Counted from the first letter of the stretch, positions 48,919 to 59,813 are shown. The stretch is DNA of 64,000 nt from Kiritimatiellia bacterium (GCA_040767085.1 JAXGPF010000009.1:96001-160000); one strand, 5' to 3'. Translations and numbers: made by a program. The notes: generated by a model from the letters alone, not told the origin.

Positions 48919-49591
48919 ATATGCAGTCCGGTCCAGCACCTTCTACACAAATGGTCCGGCCATGTTATACTGCTTCGGCAATAATTATGCCGCTTGATTT
49001 TGAGCGGCTTTTCTGGCGGCCTGCCAGCGGGCGGGCGTCAGTTCCGCCACCTCGGTGATTTGCATAGCCGGCAGGCGCGTAAGTACGTCCAGACAGTATT
49101 CGCGTTGGTTGATCCCGCGGCGACGGCAGCTTTCCAGCGGTGTGCATATGATCGCGCTGCGTTGCCCCGCCTCCCGGGAACCAAAGGATAACCAGTTGTT
49201 TTTGCCCAGCGCCGTTGGCCGGATGGCGTTTTCCACCAGGTTGTTGTCTATTTCTGTCGCAGTCGCAGAGAAAAGTCTTTCCCCCGCCAGTTGTTATCCT
49301 GCGGGCCGCCATCTGGAACTCCTTGAATTTAATACCAGGTTTGGTCGGCCCGCCGCCGGATGCCTTTGGCGCCGCGCGGAACCCCGTGCTGAATGTGGTG
49401 GGGTGTATGCCGCGGCGAGCGAAATGCTGCATATGGGTAACTCCCGACGCCCGCCATCCTGAACCAGTTCCTGCCGTTGCGCCGATGTCCGCAGCAGCCG
49501 GCCCTGCCTGCCTGCTCGTTGTTTGCTTTCATACCGCCTGTCTAACACATCCCGGCGGCCGTGCATAGGTGGTGCTTGGTTGGCCGCTTAT
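48919..49591 (-). mobile_element. Internally deleted, decayed IS66 derivative (both ends, tnpA 5' part fused to tnpC 3' part)
   Basis: Reverse-complement homology to both IS66 ends; ENAIRPTALGK tnpC tail and tnpA remnant within ~670 bp. Confidence 0.85.
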
Positions 49592-49685
49592 TTTCCAACT
49601 ATCACCAAAATATTATAGTCCGGGGACAAATTCTCGCTAATTCGCCCCCCCGACTGGGTATTGTCAATTGATTGCGTTGATTTAT

Positions 49686-51219
49686 GTTTCCTCACCAGAA
49701 TTTGTGGGTGATTACCGGTTCGGGCAATTGCCCAAGGGTATGATATAGCGCCATTTCCGCGCCATGAAAAGTTCTGAAGCCATAAGATCGTTTGGTAACC
49801 ACTCGAGCTTTATTGTTCAAGCCCTCGGTTGCGCCAGTAAAAACCTCGTTTCTGGCTCTGATCCAGTTCAAAAGCAGCTCCTCGTGTTTAGCAATGGTTT
49901 TAGCCGCCTTAATGATTGGCGCAATGCGGCTACGACAGGCGCGCTTGACCCATGCCTGGAGATAATTACGCGCCCAGGTTGGGCTGTGATAGCTCCAAAA
50001 ATGCTGAAAGCTTTCCTTGAACAAATAGGCGCGGCCGGTTTGCAGTCTTGTGCCCAATATCCGATCAAGCATTTCGCGAGCTTTGCCGCGCACGCGGGTT
50101 TTGCGGCGCAGCAAGGTCCAGCGCATTTTCTTGAGTTTTTGCTTGGCCGCCGGACGCGCTGTCATCGCCGCCATATCCCGGCGCCGGACCTCGTCCACGG
50201 CGGCATTCAAGGTTTGCACGACATGGAAGCGGTCAATCATGTGGCAACCGTGGCTGAGGCTCGCAGCAATGACTTTCAGATAAGGTCGCCACATATCGCT
50301 ACATATATGTCGAATGCCGGCCAGCACGGGTTTTCCCAAAGATTGCAACCCTTTACGCAGCGCGGCCGCCCGGCGGGTTTGGCCGACCCAGAGCAATCGG
50401 CGGCATTGCGCATCAATCTGATAGATCAAGGTCAGATAGTTCTTGCTCTTTTTACCGTTGCCTACGTGGAGTTCATCAACACCAATCGCCGTTATATTGG
50501 CCAATTCCCGGTGCGCCAAGCCCCATTCCACCATCCACTCGACCGACCGATAAACCGCCTGCCAACTGACTTTGAAAATCAGCGCCGTCTCTTTCCAGGA
50601 CAACCTCCGCGCCCAGTTCCCCAAAAAAAGCATCAGCGCCTTGCTGTAGGGTCGTTTGCCATCGCTCCAAGGCAGCGCTTCCACCACCACGCCATGTTCG
50701 GGGCAATTTACCCGGCGCGGACTATAATGCAAAAAAGCCGGCACATTCAAAATGGGCACAAACGCCCATATCCGTTCAGGCAGAGTGTCGTATGTCGCCA
50801 GCGGTCGCCCGCAACGCGAGCAGCATGCCGCGCGTTGGCGATGCGGACGAATGCTTATATCCACTTTCCATTGGCCGCGACGATCCAAAACCATACAAGT
50901 TTCCTGATAAATAAAACGTTTCAAAGGTTGCAAACGATTCAAAATTGTTTTAAGTTTCACCTTGGGCTGGTCCTCCTTTTTTTGTGTTCACCCATTGCAT
51001 ACGCAATGGATTACGGAAAGGCCAGCCTATTTTTTTGCCGCCGCTTTATCTCCGTTCCGCCATCGCGCCAATCAGGAGTTATTAATCAGGCTGCTGCGGG
51101 GCCGCCAAACGCCCAAAGCGGCAGGCTGTTAATAACTCCACCATCTTTTGGCGCCATTGCTTGGAGAACTTCTTAAACTTTAAAACCTGTTTTTTACCCA
51201 CAAATTCTGGTTAGGAGCC
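49686..51219 (-). mobile_element. ISL3-family IS, copy 1 (1534 bp)
   Basis: IRs GGCTCCTAACCAGAATTTGTGGGT / GTTTCCTCACCAGAATTTGTGGGT; 8 bp duplication TGATTTAT. Confidence 0.95.
49692..50960 (-). CDS. ISL3-family transposase
   Basis: Zn finger CSRCG...CPEHG, IGVDE, CSDMW.PY, IDRFHV, TEGLNNK...KRSYGFR. Confidence 0.95.
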   Translation of the reverse strand: MKLKTILNRLQPLKRFIYQETCMVLDRRGQWKVDISIRPHRQRAACCSRCGRPLATYDTLPERIWAFVPILNVPAFLHYSPRRVNCPEHGVVVEALPWSDGKRPYSKALMLFLGNWARRLSWKETALIFKVSWQAVYRSVEWMVEWGLAHRELANITAIGVDELHVGNGKKSKNYLTLIYQIDAQCRRLLWVGQTRRAAALRKGLQSLGKPVLAGIRHICSDMWRPYLKVIAASLSHGCHMIDRFHVVQTLNAAVDEVRRRDMAAMTARPAAKQKLKKMRWTLLRRKTRVRGKAREMLDRILGTRLQTGRAYLFKESFQHFWSYHSPTWARNYLQAWVKRACRSRIAPIIKAAKTIAKHEELLLNWIRARNEVFTGATEGLNNKARVVTKRSYGFRTFHGAEMALYHTLGQLPEPVITHKFW

Positions 51220-51278
51220 TGATTTATTATACCCCCGGCTTTTGATAATACTGTGTAATAAATTGAAAGGAGTGTGTC

Positions 51279-51584
51279 ATGATTAAATCTGAGTTAATTA
51301 CATGGATTGCTGGACTCACAGATGATGCGCCCGATCTACTGAACATCGATGCAATTCGTCGCGGCATAGATCACCAGCATGCCGATGATGGCCGTGCGAT
51401 GACAATCACAGATGTTGCCATGCGTTCTGGTTACGCTCGCCCCTCGATCTATCGTGCCATTAAGGCCGGCACGCTCAAGGCATTCCGCCCATATCCTGGC
51501 GGTAGGCTAAGAATTACACAAGGGGCATTCTCACGCTGGATGACTGACCGACAAGGAGATGATGTGGTCCATGAAAACAATTAA
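51279..51584 (+). CDS. Excisionase/AlpA-like HTH protein
   Basis: MTITDVAMRSGYARPSIYRAIKAGTLKA...GRLRI...W; AAGGAG RBS. Confidence 0.8.
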   Translation: MIKSELITWIAGLTDDAPDLLNIDAIRRGIDHQHADDGRAMTITDVAMRSGYARPSIYRAIKAGTLKAFRPYPGGRLRITQGAFSRWMTDRQGDDVVHENN

Positions 51585-51617
51585 CAAACGAATTGCAAGC
51601 AATTCCTTAAATAAGAG

Positions 51618-51905
51618 ATGGTTATGAACAAATCAAACACTAATTTAGTAAAGCTTTCGAATGATGGTCAGGCGATTGTAATTTGTTTTGGAAATCAATA
51701 TTTTTGCGATATCGATCTTTCAAAAATCACAAGTGCACACGATATTATCGATTGGTATTTTCATTTGTCAGAAAAAATAGATGTAACCCCGGAGATCCTG
51801 GCTGAATTTATGTCAGCTATACAAATAGTGTGTTCTCTGTATTTCAATACTGATCCACGGAATTTATTCGTCGGCGGGGATCGGATCGAATGGCCAGGGG
51901 AATGA
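51618..51905 (+). CDS. Hypothetical phage-like protein
   Basis: 95 aa ORF co-oriented after the xis-like gene. Confidence 0.6.
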   Translation: MVMNKSNTNLVKLSNDGQAIVICFGNQYFCDIDLSKITSAHDIIDWYFHLSEKIDVTPEILAEFMSAIQIVCSLYFNTDPRNLFVGGDRIEWPGE

Positions 51906-51953
51906 GGCGCGGCGGCGTTTTTTTGCGCCGAATTAGGCTACCATTAAAAATAT

Positions 51954-53487
51954 GTTTCCTCACCAGAATTTGTGGGTGATTACCGGTTCGGGCAATTGCC
52001 CAAGGGTATGATATAGCGCCATTTCCGCGCCATGAAAAGTTCTGAAGCCATAAGATCGTTTGGTAACCACTCGAGCTTTATTGTTCAAGCCCTCGGTTGC
52101 GCCAGTAAAAACCTCGTTTCTGGCTCTGATCCAGTTCAAAAGCAGCTCCTCGTGTTTAGCAATGGTTTTAGCCGCCTTAATGATTGGCGCAATGCGGCTA
52201 CGACAGGCGCGCTTGACCCATGCCTGGAGATAATTACGCGCCCAGGTTGGGCTGTGATAGCTCCAAAAATGCTGAAAGCTTTCCTTGAACAAATAGGCGC
52301 GGCCGGTTTGCAGTCTTGTGCCCAATATCCGATCAAGCATTTCGCGAGCTTTGCCGCGCACGCGGGTTTTGCGGCGCAGCAAGGTCCAGCGCATTTTCTT
52401 GAGTTTTTGCTTGGCCGCCGGACGCGCTGTCATCGCCGCCATATCCCGGCGCCGGACCTCGTCCACGGCGGCATTCAAGGTTTGCACGACATGGAAGCGG
52501 TCAATCATGTGGCAACCGTGGCTGAGGCTCGCAGCAATGACTTTCAGATAAGGTCGCCACATATCGCTACATATATGTCGAATGCCGGCCAGCACGGGTT
52601 TTCCCAAAGATTGCAACCCTTTACGCAGCGCGGCCGCCCGGCGGGTTTGGCCGACCCAGAGCAATCGGCGGCATTGCGCATCAATCTGATAGATCAAGGT
52701 CAGATAGTTCTTGCTCTTTTTACCGTTGCCTACGTGGAGTTCATCAACACCAATCGCCGTTATATTGGCCAATTCCCGGTGCGCCAAGCCCCATTCCACC
52801 ATCCACTCGACCGACCGATAAACCGCCTGCCAACTGACTTTGAAAATCAGCGCCGTCTCTTTCCAGGACAACCTCCGCGCCCAGTTCCCCAAAAAAAGCA
52901 TCAGCGCCTTGCTGTAGGGTCGTTTGCCATCGCTCCAAGGCAGCGCTTCCACCACCACGCCATGTTCGGGGCAATTTACCCGGCGCGGACTATAATGCAA
53001 AAAAGCCGGCACATTCAAAATGGGCACAAACGCCCATATCCGTTCAGGCAGAGTGTCGTATGTCGCCAGCGGTCGCCCGCAACGCGAGCAGCATGCCGCG
53101 CGTTGGCGATGCGGACGAATGCTTATATCCACTTTCCATTGGCCGCGACGATCCAAAACCATACAAGTTTCCTGATAAATAAAACGTTTCAAAGGTTGCA
53201 AACGATTCAAAATTGTTTTAAGTTTCACCTTGGGCTGGTCCTCCTTTTTTTGTGTTCACCCATTGCATACGCAATGGATTACGGAAAGGCCAGCCTATTT
53301 TTTTGCCGCCGCTTTATCTCCGTTCCGCCATCGCGCCAATCAGGAGTTATTAATCAGGCTGCTGCGGGGCCGCCAAACGCCCAAAGCGGCAGGCTGTTAA
53401 TAACTCCACCATCTTTTGGCGCCATTGCTTGGAGAACTTCTTAAACTTTAAAACCTGTTTTTTACCCACAAATTCTGGTTAGGAGCC
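51954..53487 (-). mobile_element. ISL3-family IS, copy 2
   Basis: Same IRs as copy 1; 8 bp duplication AAAAATAT. Confidence 0.95.
51960..53228 (-). CDS. ISL3-family transposase
   Basis: Protein identical to 49692-50960. Confidence 0.95.
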   Translation of the reverse strand: MKLKTILNRLQPLKRFIYQETCMVLDRRGQWKVDISIRPHRQRAACCSRCGRPLATYDTLPERIWAFVPILNVPAFLHYSPRRVNCPEHGVVVEALPWSDGKRPYSKALMLFLGNWARRLSWKETALIFKVSWQAVYRSVEWMVEWGLAHRELANITAIGVDELHVGNGKKSKNYLTLIYQIDAQCRRLLWVGQTRRAAALRKGLQSLGKPVLAGIRHICSDMWRPYLKVIAASLSHGCHMIDRFHVVQTLNAAVDEVRRRDMAAMTARPAAKQKLKKMRWTLLRRKTRVRGKAREMLDRILGTRLQTGRAYLFKESFQHFWSYHSPTWARNYLQAWVKRACRSRIAPIIKAAKTIAKHEELLLNWIRARNEVFTGATEGLNNKARVVTKRSYGFRTFHGAEMALYHTLGQLPEPVITHKFW

Positions 53488-53688
53488 AAAAATATCATGG
53501 CTCACCAGTGCATGTAAATACAATCTGTTACCTGATTACGGCGTCCGGATGAACCTCGAAACGTGCCGGAAGTAGATATACATAAAAAGGATCACACACA
53601 ACGACTTACGTAGTTTGTAACCATTGGCTGACCAATGGGTTTGGATCCAGGGAAATTCAGGCAAAAAGGCGGGCGGATTGGTGTTGAT

Positions 53689-54459
53689 ATGGGATCAACC
53701 ACAACAAAATTTATTCCCGGCGGCTACTACATCAAGGCGCGGTGTAGTGCCGACAGCGCGGTGGCGCATGCCCCACCCCATGTACGTGAAATTTGGGATT
53801 ACCTGCTGAGCCGGGCGCTCTTTAAGGACGGGAAGTGGCTTAAACGCGGAGAAGTCAGCACAAGTTACACAGAAATCAGGAGCGCCCTTTCGTGGTTTGT
53901 TGGGTGGCGCAAAATGCAGTATTCGAAATCGCAATGCGAAACTGCCATGAAATGGTTAAAGGCTGCCTCCATGATAACTACGCGTAGAACCACACGGGGT
54001 TTTATCATAACCATTTGTAATTACGGGAAATATCAAGACCCGAAGAATTATGAAAGCCACAGCGAAATCACGGTGAATGCCACAGGAACGCCACAAACCT
54101 CCGATACCACAGAGAAGAATGATGATAAACGGGATAAAGATAAAACCCTCTCGGGGGATGGGGGTGATCCAGTTTATCAAATACTTCATGTTTGTGCAAA
54201 GCTACGTGCTATGACCTACGATCAATATTGGAATGTACGCAAGGGGTTTTCGCCGCCGCCCACATTAGACTGGCTAGCTTTGTCACAACGCACAGTTGCG
54301 GAGGCAATATTAATGTCCGATCCGATCCGGAACCCAGCATTGTTTTGGCGGAGGCAGATCCAAAAAGCCCTAGGTGTGCAGCGTTCCTCCCAAATACAGA
54401 CATCGGCGCTGGATCATGCTGATGGCCAAGCGAGCATACGGGCAGCATTTAAGATTTGA
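53689..54459 (+). CDS. Phage replication-initiator-like (wHTH) protein
   Basis: LKRGEVSTSY...W...WL....MIT....RGFIITICNYGKYQ, typical of phage replisome-organiser N-termini. Confidence 0.72.
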   Translation: MGSTTTKFIPGGYYIKARCSADSAVAHAPPHVREIWDYLLSRALFKDGKWLKRGEVSTSYTEIRSALSWFVGWRKMQYSKSQCETAMKWLKAASMITTRRTTRGFIITICNYGKYQDPKNYESHSEITVNATGTPQTSDTTEKNDDKRDKDKTLSGDGGDPVYQILHVCAKLRAMTYDQYWNVRKGFSPPPTLDWLALSQRTVAEAILMSDPIRNPALFWRRQIQKALGVQRSSQIQTSALDHADGQASIRAAFKI

Positions 54460-54570
54460 AAGGCGTGCAATTTTATGGATGGACGATGCGTAAAAAATAT
54501 GCTCAACCAGCGCGCACAAAACGTGTGCGAGTTCCTGCTGCCTGGCGGCAAGGTTGAAGGCCACAATTAT

Positions 54571-56104
54571 GTTTCCTCACCAGAATTTGTGGGTGATTAC
54601 CGGTTCGGGCAATTGCCCAAGGGTATGATATAGCGCCATTTCCGCGCCATGAAAAGTTCTGAAGCCATAAGATCGTTTGGTAACCACTCGAGCTTTATTG
54701 TTCAAGCCCTCGGTTGCGCCAGTAAAAACCTCGTTTCTGGCTCTGATCCAGTTCAAAAGCAGCTCCTCGTGTTTAGCAATGGTTTTAGCCGCCTTAATGA
54801 TTGGCGCAATGCGGCTACGACAGGCGCGCTTGACCCATGCCTGGAGATAATTACGCGCCCAGGTTGGGCTGTGATAGCTCCAAAAATGCTGAAAGCTTTC
54901 CTTGAACAAATAGGCGCGGCCGGTTTGCAGTCTTGTGCCCAATATCCGATCAAGCATTTCGCGAGCTTTGCCGCGCACGCGGGTTTTGCGGCGCAGCAAG
55001 GTCCAGCGCATTTTCTTGAGTTTTTGCTTGGCCGCCGGACGCGCTGTCATCGCCGCCATATCCCGGCGCCGGACCTCGTCCACGGCGGCATTCAAGGTTT
55101 GCACGACATGGAAGCGGTCAATCATGTGGCAACCGTGGCTGAGGCTCGCAGCAATGACTTTCAGATAAGGTCGCCACATATCGCTACATATATGTCGAAT
55201 GCCGGCCAGCACGGGTTTTCCCAAAGATTGCAACCCTTTACGCAGCGCGGCCGCCCGGCGGGTTTGGCCGACCCAGAGCAATCGGCGGCATTGCGCATCA
55301 ATCTGATAGATCAAGGTCAGATAGTTCTTGCTCTTTTTACCGTTGCCTACGTGGAGTTCATCAACACCAATCGCCGTTATATTGGCCAATTCCCGGTGCG
55401 CCAAGCCCCATTCCACCATCCACTCGACCGACCGATAAACCGCCTGCCAACTGACTTTGAAAATCAGCGCCGTCTCTTTCCAGGACAACCTCCGCGCCCA
55501 GTTCCCCAAAAAAAGCATCAGCGCCTTGCTGTAGGGTCGTTTGCCATCGCTCCAAGGCAGCGCTTCCACCACCACGCCATGTTCGGGGCAATTTACCCGG
55601 CGCGGACTATAATGCAAAAAAGCCGGCACATTCAAAATGGGCACAAACGCCCATATCCGTTCAGGCAGAGTGTCGTATGTCGCCAGCGGTCGCCCGCAAC
55701 GCGAGCAGCATGCCGCGCGTTGGCGATGCGGACGAATGCTTATATCCACTTTCCATTGGCCGCGACGATCCAAAACCATACAAGTTTCCTGATAAATAAA
55801 ACGTTTCAAAGGTTGCAAACGATTCAAAATTGTTTTAAGTTTCACCTTGGGCTGGTCCTCCTTTTTTTGTGTTCACCCATTGCATACGCAATGGATTACG
55901 GAAAGGCCAGCCTATTTTTTTGCCGCCGCTTTATCTCCGTTCCGCCATCGCGCCAATCAGGAGTTATTAATCAGGCTGCTGCGGGGCCGCCAAACGCCCA
56001 AAGCGGCAGGCTGTTAATAACTCCACCATCTTTTGGCGCCATTGCTTGGAGAACTTCTTAAACTTTAAAACCTGTTTTTTACCCACAAATTCTGGTTAGG
56101 AGCC
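54571..56104 (-). mobile_element. ISL3-family IS, copy 3
   Basis: Same IRs as copy 1; 8 bp duplication ACAATTAT. Confidence 0.95.
54577..55845 (-). CDS. ISL3-family transposase
   Basis: Protein identical to 49692-50960. Confidence 0.95.
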   Translation of the reverse strand: MKLKTILNRLQPLKRFIYQETCMVLDRRGQWKVDISIRPHRQRAACCSRCGRPLATYDTLPERIWAFVPILNVPAFLHYSPRRVNCPEHGVVVEALPWSDGKRPYSKALMLFLGNWARRLSWKETALIFKVSWQAVYRSVEWMVEWGLAHRELANITAIGVDELHVGNGKKSKNYLTLIYQIDAQCRRLLWVGQTRRAAALRKGLQSLGKPVLAGIRHICSDMWRPYLKVIAASLSHGCHMIDRFHVVQTLNAAVDEVRRRDMAAMTARPAAKQKLKKMRWTLLRRKTRVRGKAREMLDRILGTRLQTGRAYLFKESFQHFWSYHSPTWARNYLQAWVKRACRSRIAPIIKAAKTIAKHEELLLNWIRARNEVFTGATEGLNNKARVVTKRSYGFRTFHGAEMALYHTLGQLPEPVITHKFW

Positions 56105-58013
56105 ACAATTATGTCATTGGGAACATCCGCGGTGATTCCGGACAAAGCCTTAAAATCGGTATCGTTGGTAATCAATGCGGCATTTTCCATGACTTTGCCG
56201 ATCCGGCAGTCAAGGGCAACAACTTGCTTGAATTGTGGCGCCAGGTGAAAGGCATTTCATTCAGGGATGCCCTGGCGCAGGCCAAGGAGTATCTTGGCGT
56301 GCGCGAAGATGCCTGGAAACGAGTTGGGCCCCCACCAGCCTCCAGGGAGCCGCAAGGTGGCACCAAGCGACTGGAAGACGAATTCAAAATTGTGACCGAG
56401 GGATCTCCGGTTTGGAAATGGCTCACCGAAAAACGCAATATCTCTCCCATGACGATTCTTAAATATCGGATTGGCGAAGCATTTATTCAAAAAGGTGGCC
56501 GTAATTGTATTGTTTTCCCCTCTTTTGACCTGGCCGGCAATTTGGTGCGTATGAAATTCCGCGATATTGCCGATAAAAAATATATGTTTTTGCATCCTAA
56601 CTCAACAAATGCGTCCTTATACCGGCACGGTGCACCCTTACACCTATTCGGTCTACAGGGGGTTGACGCGCAAACAGATATTCTCGTGATTACGGAGGGC
56701 GAGATCGATGCATTGTCGTTTGCCGAATGGGGATATCCTGCGGTTTCACTGCCAATTGGAGCCCAGCCACACGATACCTCTGAAAAATGTTCACATGACA
56801 CCTGGATTGAAGCCGATTATGACTGGCTGGAGGCGTTTGTTACGATATACCTCGCAATGGATGGAGATGATGCCGGCCAGCAAGCCGCAAAGCTTTTGAT
56901 TCCACGGCTGGGGCGTGAGCGGGTTATGGTGGTTGATTATCCGGCCGGCTGCAAAGATGGCAATGATTGTGTGATAAAGGGGGTTGGCATTGACGGCATA
57001 ATTGAGCATGCCCGTAATTTGGATCCCGATGAGCTGAAAAAACCCAGCCACTTCCGGGAAGAAGTCTGGGAGCGCTTCTATCCGGTGGGAGGAGTTGAAC
57101 CAGGTGATGATCTGCCGTGGTCCACGACGTCCGATCCGGATTCCACGCCATTCGCGTTTAGGTTCCGCGAATCTGAAGTAACAGTTTGGCAGGGCTTTAA
57201 CGGGCACGGAAAGACAATTGCCTTGAGCCACTGCCTAATTAATTTCGCAGCCTGTGGACGGCGCTCATGTGTGGCCAGCCTTGAAATGCCGGCCAGTTTG
57301 ACTTTGCAGAATATGGTGCGTCAGGCTATCGGGCACGGTAAGCCGGCTAACCGATCGGAATTTGATCAAGCCATGGACTGGTTGGATCGGAATTTATGGG
57401 TGTATGATTTTACAGGTTCGGCGGATTCGCGCCATATTTTAGAATGCTGGGAATACGCCGCGAAAAAATACGGCATACATCATTTTGTTCTGGATTCTCT
57501 TATGAGATTAAAGGATGTCTCCAGCGTAGATTTTGATGCGCAGAAAGATCTGATGAATCGGCTGAATGACTTTGCCAAGAAATTCAAAGCGCATGTCCAT
57601 TTGGTGGCACATAGCAAAAAGCCTGACATAAAACATCCGAAGGAGAAAAACTGGCCGGGAGAACTGGATATTTCCGGATCAAGCGATATCCCCAATGGTG
57701 CGTGGAATGTTTTATGCATGTGGCGCAACGAAGCCAAGCAAATTGAGTTAGAGGCCATATATCAAAAATTAAAGGTTCCGCGGCTTAATGCTGATGAGCG
57801 TTGCGAGCTTGAAATGGAGCTTAACGATGTTAATAAGAGGTATGATGCAATGCTTATTGTTCAAAAGCAGCGCACTACTGGCGCATTCCCATTATATCGT
57901 CAATTGTGGTTTGACGGCGGTCGGGATGGAAGCTGGCAATTTGGCCCAGAACGCGATTTCCGGGTGGTTTCATCTGTTGGACACGATGTTTTGAAATAAT
58001 TCTATTGATTTTT

Positions 58014-58072
58014 CATGTCGTTTGTCATATATATACCTTCGTCTATATATGACAGAAATGACGGGCGACATG
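58014..58072. promoter_or_regulatory. Nested inverted repeats upstream of resolvase (res/operator-like)
   Basis: TGTCATATATA-N10-TATATATGACA (58023-58054) nested inside CATGTCG...CGACATG. Confidence 0.55.
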
Positions 58073-58747
58073 AATACAACCGCAGAGAACAAGGGAAAAT
58101 TCGTAGCCTACTACCGTGTTTCAACCGAGCAGCAAGGCCGATCCGGGCTGGGCTTGGAAGCGCAGAAGAAAGCCGTCCTGGACTATTTGAGCGGCGGCCA
58201 GTGGGAGCTTATCGCGGAGTTCACCGAGATCGAGAGCGGAAAAAAGGCGGACCGGCCGGAGCTTGAGAAGGCGCTGAAACTGTGCAAGAAGATGCGGGCA
58301 TTGCTGGTTATCGCCAAGTTGGACCGCCTCGCACGCAATGTTCATTTTATTTCAGGCCTGATGGAGCGTGGCATAAAGTTCTGCGCCGTAGAATTCCCCA
58401 ATGCCGACCCGTTTATGCTCCACGTTCATGCCGCCATGAGCGAACACGAGCGCCGGCTGATTAGCGCCCGCACGAAGGCGGGGCTTGCCATTGCCAAGGC
58501 ACGTGGAGTCATACTGGGCCGGCACGGGGCCGTCCTGGCCCGCCAGAATGCGGCCAAGGCCAAGGCACAAGCACGGGAATTGAAGCCGGTTATCAAGCAG
58601 ATTCGCAATGCGGGCAAGCTCAGTGTCCGGGAAATAATGGAGGAACTCAACCGGCGCGATATCAAGACGCAACGCGGCGGCGCCTGGCACCCACACACCG
58701 TAAACGTCCTCCTCCATCGGATTGATGGCACAGGCAAGCCCAGCTAG
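58070..58747 (+). CDS. Serine recombinase (resolvase/invertase family)
   Basis: VAYYRVSTEQQ..SGLGLEAQ, ESG..ADRPEL, AKLDRLAR, ERRLISARTK. Confidence 0.93.
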   Translation: MNTTAENKGKFVAYYRVSTEQQGRSGLGLEAQKKAVLDYLSGGQWELIAEFTEIESGKKADRPELEKALKLCKKMRALLVIAKLDRLARNVHFISGLMERGIKFCAVEFPNADPFMLHVHAAMSEHERRLISARTKAGLAIAKARGVILGRHGAVLARQNAAKAKAQARELKPVIKQIRNAGKLSVREIMEELNRRDIKTQRGGAWHPHTVNVLLHRIDGTGKPS

Positions 58748-59382
58748 ACGAGTAATCACTGCCACCCCTGCCCCAACGCCAGGCAAGCCGGCCCCCACCC
58801 ACCAAACTGACACGCCCACTACGATTTCACTCGCCCTGGGGCATCCTGGGACATCTAAAAAACACCAGCGCCAGCTACCAGATTCCGACACACCCAGTCC
58901 GGACACCCACAGCCTCCTTCCCATACTCAATCGGCACCACCTACCGGCAAACGCCCCCAGACAGGGGGCGGGGGGGGGTGCGCCCGCGCATGAGCCTGCT
59001 TGAATGAATAATGGGTTTACGCAGCACAAAATTTCTGGCAAAGGGCGCCGGCTCAGGCCGCACGTAATATCGAGATAAATTTTACACTGCGAAATATTCA
59101 AACATTGACATCCTAATATTTTTAACGACAATCCGGCTATTGACAATGCCGACATACGGGGTTGGCTTTATGCGGTGGAAATTGCCTAGCGTCGAATGCG
59201 CCCGCATAAAACCTGCTTCAATTACGTATAAAGTCTTCCTGGCCGGAATATTTTCAACCGCCAGATTGCGTAATGTTTTGTAATCAATAAGTTGCGAGAT
59301 CAATTAAGTTACACTTTTTAGTGTGTTTGGCGACGTCGCAAATCTGAAGTACGTATAATAACACTGTTCGGGCGAGGACAAG

Positions 59383-59805
59383 ATGAACGAGAGAGAGATG
59401 CGGCAAGTTCTTGAGCTGGGCGACAAGCGCAACGATCTACTGTATCCCTGGTTGCGCTGGCTCATCGTCTTCGCTGCCGGCAGTCTCGCCGTTCTTGTCT
59501 CCCTCCATGGTGACAAGCCTTTCCATGGCATCCCAGGCATCATGATGAAGGCTTCATGGTTGCTTCTCGGAGCGGGCGTAGTCTTCGGGACGTTCGCCCT
59601 GTACATCGAAGTCTGGACTGCACGACGAATCCTGAAGGAATTCGTCCGGCGTAAGCGCGAGCGGGACTTGAACGGAGTTGAGACTGCCCCACGGTCCCCA
59701 ATCGTCGTGACAGCACCACGCGTACTCCGCCTCTGTGAACCGGCATGTTATGTAAGTCTTCTCGGAGCGGTCGTGGCACTCATGGCCTACATCGTGTTCA
59801 AATGA
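59383..59805 (+). CDS. Hypothetical membrane protein in integron-type gene cassette
   Basis: Three hydrophobic segments; bracketed by GTTCGGGC (59366-59373) and its complement GCCCGAAC (59814-59821). Confidence 0.7.
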   Translation: MNEREMRQVLELGDKRNDLLYPWLRWLIVFAAGSLAVLVSLHGDKPFHGIPGIMMKASWLLLGAGVVFGTFALYIEVWTARRILKEFVRRKRERDLNGVETAPRSPIVVTAPRVLRLCEPACYVSLLGAVVALMAYIVFK

Positions 59806-59813
59806 CAACCGGA

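Larger units (their letters stand above)
54475..57999 (+). pseudogene. T7 gp4/Twinkle-like primase-helicase interrupted by ISL3
   Basis: MDGRCVKNMLNQ...LLPGGKVEGHNY|VIGNIRGDSGQSL rejoins in frame. TOPRIM ITEGEIDAL and DGDDAG; helicase GFNGHGKT, VLDSL, LVAHSKK. Confidence 0.9.

Noticed and set aside
49764-51176. 470 aa plus-strand ORF, repeated at 52032 and 54649
   Set aside because: Antisense shadow of the ISL3 transposase. It has no recognisable motifs and recurs only because the IS is repeated.
51902-53573. Possible 43 aa ORF split by ISL3 copy 2
   Set aside because: It rejoins in frame and overlaps the upstream stop (ATGA), but it is short and has no motif support.
56224-57999. Stand-alone 591 aa primase-helicase
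   Set aside because: It is the distal part of a gene starting at 54475 that is split by ISL3. Residual expression from an internal start cannot be excluded.
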